42,887 bases of DNA from Candidatus Sericytochromatia bacterium (lineage in GTDB: Bacteria > Cyanobacteriota > Sericytochromatia > S15B-MN24 > JAQBPE01): the NCBI GenBank assembly GCA_040400605.1, contig JBBAPZ010000026.1:1-42887 (forward strand). The letters are read 5' to 3'. Shown here in pieces: positions 36,453 to 42,887 of this stretch (within the stretch, counting starts at the first letter, position 1; each line of letters opens with the position of its first letter). Position numbers and translations under genes: made by a program. The notes beneath the pieces were generated by a model. It was not told the DNA's origin, ran no database searches, and worked only from the letters and a program-made list of their open reading frames with translations.

Positions 36453-37092
36453 CAACCCCTCCTTGCGCGCGAAACACATTCCCTCACCAATTGATTGAAA
36501 CCACATTAACCTGAGGGTTAATCCTAAAACAACGGGATGTATCGCGAGAACAAAGAATCGGCAGACGCGGCGACTGGCGCACCAGTATTGCAGGCTTACA
36601 CTGATGGACGAGCCGTCAGGTGCACCGTTTGGTTCGTCAGCGGTATGCGATCCCGAAGCTTCGCCATACACACAAGCGTCGATTGGTGATTCAATCGTCT
36701 CTGTTGCTGAACATCGGAACATGATTGCCCGATGTTTTTGGGCTAGGCACACAGGTTTTGAATGCAAACCTGTTCATCGTGACAGCACCTGCCGTGAGAC
36801 CTGGTCGCAGCACGGTCAACTGTTCAGCGCCTGCTTGACACATCAACAAATCAGCCAGTGCTTGAAACATTCTTCGAATGCCTGTTTCAGTGCACCTTGC
36901 CTACAAATTGCTTTGGCTCGTTTTGTGGTTCAAATATTTTTTGTTGATCAAGCGATGACCTGGTTTTCAAGATTTTTTGCCGCGAACACTTGAATGCCCG
37001 TTCCGCGCATTGCCAACCTCCCCTTGTGGTTGTATCCGGAACGGTTGTGGCATAATGGCCCGTTGTCGGTTGCCGTGCGAGAGGAGGCCTTT

Positions 37093-38277
37093 GTGGGTGG
37101 GCACGTCGTGTTAAAGGGGGCGCGCGTGCTGCACGATTCGTGCCGAATTGATGCCCTGGATATTCGGCTGGTGGGGGATCGTATCCACGAACTTGGCCCT
37201 GATCTTGTACCGGGGGATGCACAAGTGATGTCATTGGCAGGCCACATCGTGGCGCCGGGTTTCATCGACACGCACATCCATGGTGTGTTGGGCGATGACA
37301 CCAACGACGCCAGTGTTTTAGCATTGCAAAACATCGCCCGATTTTTGGCTACGCGCGGCGTCACGGCGTGGTTGCCCACAACGGTTGCCTGTTCACATAC
37401 CCGCTTGTCGGAGATCCTGCTTGCCGTTGCCACGGTGCAAGCGCAAGCCCCCACTGGCGCAGTCGTGCTGGGCGCGCATCTTGAGAGCAATTTTTTGTCC
37501 ACTCGCTACAAAGGTGCCCAGCCGCAAGCGTTTTTGCGCGCGTGCGATGACGCGGCATTGCTTGAAGTGATTGAGCGACAGCGCAAGGCCATTCGTGTTG
37601 TGACTTTGGCACCGGAGTTGCCGGGTGCGATCGCCTTGATTGAGCGGTTGGTCGCGCTCGGTATCCAAGTGAGCGTCGGGCACAGCGATGCAACGGCCGC
37701 TCAGGTACAAGCCGCGGTTCGGGCAGGCGCTTCACGCATCACCCACCTGTGTAATGCCCAGCGCCCCTTTCATCACCGCGAGCCGGGTGTCGTTGGTGCT
37801 GGCCTTGTTTTGGATGACGTTTGGGCAGAGTTGATTGTGGATATGGTGCACGTTCATCCGATGGGCGTTGAGATTGCCAGACGATGCAAGAGTGCCCAGC
37901 GTTTGATGCTGGTTTCGGATGCGTTGCGCGGAACAGGTCTCAGCCCGGGCGAGTACGAACTGGGTGGGCAAAAGACGGTCATTGATCACGAGATTGCCCG
38001 TTTGTCGGATGGCACCATCGCGGGTTCAATCACCCTGTTGGATCGCGCGGTGCGACTGGCTGTCGGGCAGGCCGGGGTGCCCTTGGCCGAGGCATTGACC
38101 ATGGCTAGCCAAACCCCGGCTGCATCGCTCGGCTTGTCGGACCGGGGGGTGTTACATCCAGGGTATCGGGCCGATCTCGTCTTGCTGGATGACTGTTTGA
38201 ACGTTGCGGGGACCTGTATCGGCGGCGAGTGGGTTTACACCCGCGATCCGGCGATCACGGCAGGCGTTGCCACGTGA
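37093..38277 (+). CDS. nagA: N-acetylglucosamine-6-phosphate deacetylase
   Basis: PGFIDTHIHG, GVTAWLPT, HLE..F...KGAQ, VTLAPE, GHSDA, THLCNA, HHREPG, LVSDA, GTIAGS, ADLVLLD; GAGGAGG before GTG 37093. Confidence 0.93.
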   Translation: MGGHVVLKGARVLHDSCRIDALDIRLVGDRIHELGPDLVPGDAQVMSLAGHIVAPGFIDTHIHGVLGDDTNDASVLALQNIARFLATRGVTAWLPTTVACSHTRLSEILLAVATVQAQAPTGAVVLGAHLESNFLSTRYKGAQPQAFLRACDDAALLEVIERQRKAIRVVTLAPELPGAIALIERLVALGIQVSVGHSDATAAQVQAAVRAGASRITHLCNAQRPFHHREPGVVGAGLVLDDVWAELIVDMVHVHPMGVEIARRCKSAQRLMLVSDALRGTGLSPGEYELGGQKTVIDHEIARLSDGTIAGSITLLDRAVRLAVGQAGVPLAEALTMASQTPAASLGLSDRGVLHPGYRADLVLLDDCLNVAGTCIGGEWVYTRDPAITAGVAT

Positions 38278-38873
38278 ACCACCCCCCCCGTGTGGGCCTG
38301 TTCATTGACGCAGGCTACCTGGAGAAACTGTGCCAGGACCACTTCGCCGGCCGCGCGGATGGCGCGCGCACTCCTTTGGCCATTGACTTCAAGAAGCTGC
38401 CATCGGTGCTCACCAAAACCAAATCGGTGCAGATTTTTTATTACTACTGTATGCCGTTTCTGTCGGATCCGCCGTTGCCCGCCGAACAGGCATCGTTTGA
38501 TGCGAAGGCGCGTTTTTGTCAGGTGTTGAAACGGTTTCCGCGTTGGACACTGCGTGAAGGGGTGCTTGAGCGTCGGGGCGGTTTTCGCTCGGGCGATCAA
38601 TGGCTGATGCAAAAACGCATTGATGTCTTGTTGGCGTGTGATGTGACGCGCCTGGTTTGGACCCGCGCAATTGACCAGGTGGTGATGCTGAGTGGTGACA
38701 GCGATTTTGTCCCGTTGGTTGCGGAGTGCCAGTCAGGCGGTGTCCCTGTCACCTTGCGTTATCATCCAGGCACGGCGCACGCCGATCTCATTGCGGCGGC
38801 CAACGAGGCCATCATTCTGACGCGGGAGGAACTCGTGGCGATCGCTCTGGCGCCACGGGGGGCATCCCGGTAG
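38274..38873 (+). CDS. NYN-domain (LabA/DUF88, PIN-like) protein
   Basis: LFIDAGYL, FYYY, QKRIDVLLACD, LSGDSDFVPLV; GTG overlaps the nagA TGA (GTGA). Confidence 0.88.
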   Translation: MNHPPRVGLFIDAGYLEKLCQDHFAGRADGARTPLAIDFKKLPSVLTKTKSVQIFYYYCMPFLSDPPLPAEQASFDAKARFCQVLKRFPRWTLREGVLERRGGFRSGDQWLMQKRIDVLLACDVTRLVWTRAIDQVVMLSGDSDFVPLVAECQSGGVPVTLRYHPGTAHADLIAAANEAIILTREELVAIALAPRGASR

Positions 38874-38914
38874 AATGATGCGGAAGCTCAACGTGGATTG
38901 AGGAGGAATAACCC

Positions 38915-40459
38915 ATGCCTTTGAAACGTGCCAGTGGCCTGTTGTTACACCCCACCTCGCTCAGTGGGGGTCACGGCATTGGTGACCTGGGACCGAGTGC
39001 CTATGCGTTTGTTGATGCATTGGTTGCACTTCAGCAACGGTACTGGCAGGTTTTGCCGCTTGGCCCCACCGGCTATGGCGATTCGCCATACCAGTCGTTT
39101 TCCGCGTTTGCGGGCAATCCCTTGCTGATCGACCTTTATCAATTGCGCGAGGCGGGTTATCTGACGGATGAAGACCTCGCGGACGCCCCGGCCAACACCG
39201 ACCGTGTGGCTTACTGTGATGTCGTGCCCTTCAAAAATCGCATACTGCGCGCGGCGCACGCGCGCTTTCAGGCGATGCAAAATGCGGAGGCGATGGCTCA
39301 ATTCTGGTTGTTTTGCGAACGGGAAGCGAGCTGGCTGGATGACTACGCGTTGTTTGCCGCTTTAAAGGATGCGCATGGTGGTGCGGGCTGGAGCATGTGG
39401 GAAGAGGAATTGGTGAAGCGATCGCCTGACGCCCTTGCGGCGGCGCGGGCGGCGCAGCAAGTAGCAATTTCTTTTTACCAGTTTTGTCAGTGGCAGTTTG
39501 ATTTACAATGGCAGGCGCTGAAGGCCTATGCCAATGAGCGCGATGTGGCGATCATCGGCGATGCACCAATTTTTGTGGCGTATGACAGTGCGGATGTGTG
39601 GATTAACCAGGGCGAGTATTTTTTGGATGAAAAGGGTGCACCAACCGCCGTTGCGGGTGTGCCGCCGGATTATTTTTCCAAGGAAGGCCAATTGTGGGGC
39701 AATCCCTTGTATCGCTGGCGGGTAATGGAAGAAAACGGTTTTCGGTGGTGGGTCGCGCGGATGCGCAAGGCACGGACCCTCTATGACTTGATTCGCATTG
39801 ATCACTTTCGGGGTTTTGAGGCGTATTGGGAAGTGGGGGCGCATGAGCCCAATGCGATCAACGGCCGCTGGGTCAAAGGGCCCGATGCCGCTTTGTTCCA
39901 GGTTTTGCGCGATCAACTGGGTGAGTTGCCCTTCATTGCCGAAGACTTGGGCCTCATTACCCCAGCCGTCGAGGCTTTGCGTGACGCGTTTGACTTGCCT
40001 GGCATGAAAATCATGCAATTTGGTTTCAGTGATCCGGCCAACGCCTATTTGCCGCATCGCTTCGAGCGCAATTGCGTGGCCTATACAGGCACCCACGACA
40101 ACGATACGGCGCGCGCGTGGTTCAGACAGGCCGCTGAAGCCGAACAGCGCTATGCCCTGGATTATCTTGGCACCGATGAACAGGGTTTCACCCGGGCCTT
40201 GATTCGGCAGGCGGTCGCAAGCGTGGCGGATCTCGCCATCATCCCTGTTCAGGATTTGCTCGACTTAGGCGCTGAAGGCCGTATGAACACCCCAGCGATA
40301 CCCGACGGCAACTGGGGTTGGCGCTTGTCACCGGAACAATTCAAGATTGCGGAACACACGGATTTCGCACATTGGACCGAGTGGTATGGCAGGCATCTGG
40401 CCACGGAGACCATCACCTTGCCGCACGCTGATGGTGACGTGGTCGTTCACGCTGTTTGA
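38915..40459 (+). CDS. malQ: 4-alpha-glucanotransferase (GH77 amylomaltase)
   Basis: RASGLLLHPTSL, WQVLPLGPT, AGVPPDYFS..GQLWGNPLY, RIDHFRG, IAEDLG, YTGTHDNDT, RMNTP...GNWGWR. Confidence 0.97.
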   Translation: MPLKRASGLLLHPTSLSGGHGIGDLGPSAYAFVDALVALQQRYWQVLPLGPTGYGDSPYQSFSAFAGNPLLIDLYQLREAGYLTDEDLADAPANTDRVAYCDVVPFKNRILRAAHARFQAMQNAEAMAQFWLFCEREASWLDDYALFAALKDAHGGAGWSMWEEELVKRSPDALAAARAAQQVAISFYQFCQWQFDLQWQALKAYANERDVAIIGDAPIFVAYDSADVWINQGEYFLDEKGAPTAVAGVPPDYFSKEGQLWGNPLYRWRVMEENGFRWWVARMRKARTLYDLIRIDHFRGFEAYWEVGAHEPNAINGRWVKGPDAALFQVLRDQLGELPFIAEDLGLITPAVEALRDAFDLPGMKIMQFGFSDPANAYLPHRFERNCVAYTGTHDNDTARAWFRQAAEAEQRYALDYLGTDEQGFTRALIRQAVASVADLAIIPVQDLLDLGAEGRMNTPAIPDGNWGWRLSPEQFKIAEHTDFAHWTEWYGRHLATETITLPHADGDVVVHAV

Positions 40460-40500
40460 TGCGCTGTTTGCGTCGATGTCCCCAGTTCTAAGGAGTGCCA

Positions 40501-41058
40501 ATGCCCCTTGTCGCAATACCTTTTCAGCTCCCTCCCGCGTTTCCTTTGCCGCCACACTGGCTTGACCATCTGGGCGCCGATGCCCAAGACGGTGTGACGG
40601 AACGTGTCATTGAGTTGCTTGAGCAACTGGATGCGGCTGACCTCATCTGGTTTTCCAAACGGTTGGGAGACCAATGGACCACCTGGGATCACTGGGGCCG
40701 CGCCTTGTTGGCCGGTGACGTGGCCGCACGTGTTTCCCGAGACTTTACGCAATCCGGGTGGGATCCCCGCATTTGGAACGATGCGATGCGACAAGGCCAC
40801 CCCATGCTGGTGATGGGTGATGGCATCGCGGCAGGCCCACTGGAGCTACCCAAGGCTCTGGCGGAAGTCGTTGGCGCCAAGGCGCCGCTTGGATTTCTGT
40901 ATGTGTTTCCGATTGTTGACGCGAGTCAGCAAGTGGTGGCGCAGATGAGTCTTTATCGCTTGATGGCCAATGGGCCGTTGAATCATGATCAGCCGGCCAT
41001 CGTGCAATCGCTTTTGCAACTGATCACCCAATGCCTTCCACAGACTGCAGGTCAATAA
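40501..41058 (+). CDS. Hypothetical protein, possible GAF-like fold
   Basis: AAGGAG 5 nt before ATG 40501; C-terminal FLYVFPI...QVVAQMSLYR...LNHDQ.AIVQSL resembles the end of a GAF domain. Confidence 0.55.
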   Translation: MPLVAIPFQLPPAFPLPPHWLDHLGADAQDGVTERVIELLEQLDAADLIWFSKRLGDQWTTWDHWGRALLAGDVAARVSRDFTQSGWDPRIWNDAMRQGHPMLVMGDGIAAGPLELPKALAEVVGAKAPLGFLYVFPIVDASQQVVAQMSLYRLMANGPLNHDQPAIVQSLLQLITQCLPQTAGQ

Positions 41059-41068
41059 GGGCGAAATC

Positions 41069-41437
41069 ATGCAACACCATCCCGGTTTTTTGAAGTTGGT
41101 CGATTCCGTGATGCCACGGATTCAGGAAGTGAGCGTAGAAACCGTACAAAGCTGGCAGCGAGCCGGCGAAACCTTCTCGTTGATTGACGTCCGCGAAGAT
41201 CATGAATGGCTGGTTGATCGGGCGAAAGGCGCGATTCACGTGGGGCGTGGCATCCTCGAACGTGACATTGAGAGCCTTGTGCCCGATTTGGACACTTTGA
41301 TCGTATTGTATTGTGGGGGTGGGTTTCGCTCCGCGCTCGCTGCTGACAACTTGCAACAAATGGGCTATACCCGTGTGAGGAGTTTGGCCGGCGGTATCAA
41401 GGCCTGGCGTGCTGCTCAGGCACCGCTTGAACATTGA
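41069..41437 (+). CDS. Rhodanese-like sulfurtransferase
   Basis: LIDVREDHEW, GAIHVGRGILERDIE, VLYCGGGFRSALAA, SLAGGIKAW. Confidence 0.92.
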   Translation: MQHHPGFLKLVDSVMPRIQEVSVETVQSWQRAGETFSLIDVREDHEWLVDRAKGAIHVGRGILERDIESLVPDLDTLIVLYCGGGFRSALAADNLQQMGYTRVRSLAGGIKAWRAAQAPLEH

Positions 41438-41639
41438 GTGTTGCGAGATAACGGCGCGGGGATTGGTGATCAAATTTTGGCAGTTGGTGAATGACAACAC
41501 GTGCGTGCGTGATGTATTGATTGTGATACGCAATCTTTCAACAGCAACCGATGCGGCACGGCATCGCGGGCGTCGATGACGGTTAGGTATTTTTTCTGAT
41601 GTTTGTGACATTTGCTGTGCAAGTTTTCAACAGAAACCG

Positions 41640-42194
41640 ATGCGTCGCACGATAAAGGCTGCGAAGGCGACAGGGCGTCGAGTGCTGACAGGCGTTGTGG
41701 TGTTTGTTGGACTGCTTGCGCAGTCGGTGCAGGCAAATTCAAGTGACCAGGTACGGGTTGAAGTGCCTCATCTGGCGCCTGGCACGACACTCGTTGCCCC
41801 TTTGACCGTGCGCTGGTTTGCCGGGCATCGTTTTCGCATCGATGCGCTGTTGCATGCGGCAACGACGGGCAATTTTTTTTATGACACGATGCTGCGCCTG
41901 TATTTGGGCTCGACGATGACCTTGTCCGGACAGATGCCGCAAAGGTGGTTGAGTGGTCAGCTGCCCGTGCGGGGTTATCAGCAAACCGTACTGACGCTCA
42001 AAAATGGGGTGGTCAGAATGAATCTGCCTTTTGTGGTGGATCCCCGCCAATCCAGGCATCACATGGAGAGCCATTTTTCGATTACGTTAACCCAGTTTGG
42101 TGTCATCAACCCGAGTGGCGGTTCTCCGGGTTCGGCTGTGGTTTACCTCAAAGTGGGTCTGCCTGCCACCGTGAATTCCAGCCGTGCTTCGTGA
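41640..42194 (+). CDS. Hypothetical exported beta-rich protein
   Basis: Basic N-region, hydrophobic stretch and VQA cleavage-like site; no family recognised; start uncertain. Confidence 0.5.
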   Translation: MRRTIKAAKATGRRVLTGVVVFVGLLAQSVQANSSDQVRVEVPHLAPGTTLVAPLTVRWFAGHRFRIDALLHAATTGNFFYDTMLRLYLGSTMTLSGQMPQRWLSGQLPVRGYQQTVLTLKNGVVRMNLPFVVDPRQSRHHMESHFSITLTQFGVINPSGGSPGSAVVYLKVGLPATVNSSRAS

Positions 42195-42375
42195 TTGAAT
42201 TTTTTGACTGACAACGTCTCGTGAAATGCATCCATCAACGGTGCTGTTAATTCGGTTCATCCGAGGATGTGATCAAGTGGTCCAAACGCAAGTTTATGGC
42301 TGTTTTGGGTATAAAGAGCCTAGCATGGGAAGGCGCACCAGCGCGTTTTAGTTAAGCCGCCCAAGGAGGCACACG

Positions 42376-42887
42376 ATGGTTGCAAAAGTTGCAAAACCCG
42401 GGGGTCAACCAGTGTTGCCGGCGCCACCCAAAGGCGGTACGGGCGGAGCCAAGCCGGCCATCGCCGATCCCGTCGCGAATTGGCGGGACAACATCACGTC
42501 GCACGTCGGTCCCCGTCAAAGTCCCGGCGGTATCGGTTCAACCGATCATAAAGGCATTGATGTCGGGGTTCCAACAGGCACCCCGGTCCAGAGTGTCAAA
42601 AAAGGCGAAGTGGTATTTGCAGGCGATGCGGGTGGCTACGGCAACCTGGTCGTGGTCAAGCATGACGATGGGACGTATACCAAATATGCCCACTTGCACG
42701 AGATAAACGCTCAAGCAGGCCAGGCCGTGGAAGCCGGGCGGGTGATTGGGAAGGTCGGCAACACAGGAAACTCGACCGGACCCCATTTGCACTTTGAAGT
42801 GCGAAAAGGGGGTGAAAACGGCACGGTGTTGGATCCGGTGGCTTATCTGGCGGGATCGGAGTCTGTCGCGGCGGTTGATCCCGGCCC
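42376..42887 (+). CDS. M23 family metallopeptidase, 3' end outside the window
   Basis: My translation from ATG 42376 (AAGGAGG RBS): MVAKVAKPGG...HKGIDV...GYGNLVVVKH...YAHL...GNTGNSTGPHLHFEVR...DP, giving HxxxD and HxH. No stop codon before the window end. Confidence 0.93.
   Translation, partial: MVAKVAKPGGQPVLPAPPKGGTGGAKPAIADPVANWRDNITSHVGPRQSPGGIGSTDHKGIDVGVPTGTPVQSVKKGEVVFAGDAGGYGNLVVVKHDDGTYTKYAHLHEINAQAGQAVEAGRVIGKVGNTGNSTGPHLHFEVRKGGENGTVLDPVAYLAGSESVAAVDPG

Overview
Bacterial chromosomal window of roughly 38 protein-coding genes, moderately GC-rich. I can support no tRNA, rRNA, CRISPR array, transposase or phage gene. In order it contains: a partial J-domain gene; an orphan ORF followed by a perfect 29-bp tandem repeat; a HExxH lipoprotein divergent from a long GntR regulator; ldhA; a Ser/Thr kinase-AAA(STAND)-helical repeat protein; recD2; a co-oriented trio (706-aa protein with a PARP/Gig2-like ADP-ribosyltransferase domain and HEAT-like repeats, a sensor-less histidine kinase, a SWIM-SNF2 helicase); a ribD-ribE-ribBA operon that ends in DUF1284 and DUF896 instead of ribH; a pentapeptide-repeat protein; a small wHTH protein; an Amidase_2 lipoprotein; a THUMP rRNA methyltransferase; a divergent NlpC/P60-like ORF; a peptidase cluster (M20, M61, M3B) with trmK and hppD; a discoidin lipoprotein; nagA-NYN-malQ-hypothetical-rhodanese; and a partial M23 peptidase missing from the ORF track. 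The strongest candidate for an undescribed system is the PARP-like/HEAT + orphan kinase + SNF2 unit at 10.8-17.0 kb. All family calls come from motif recognition by eye, with no database searches. The host lineage (possibly a non-photosynthetic relative of Cyanobacteria) is only a guess.
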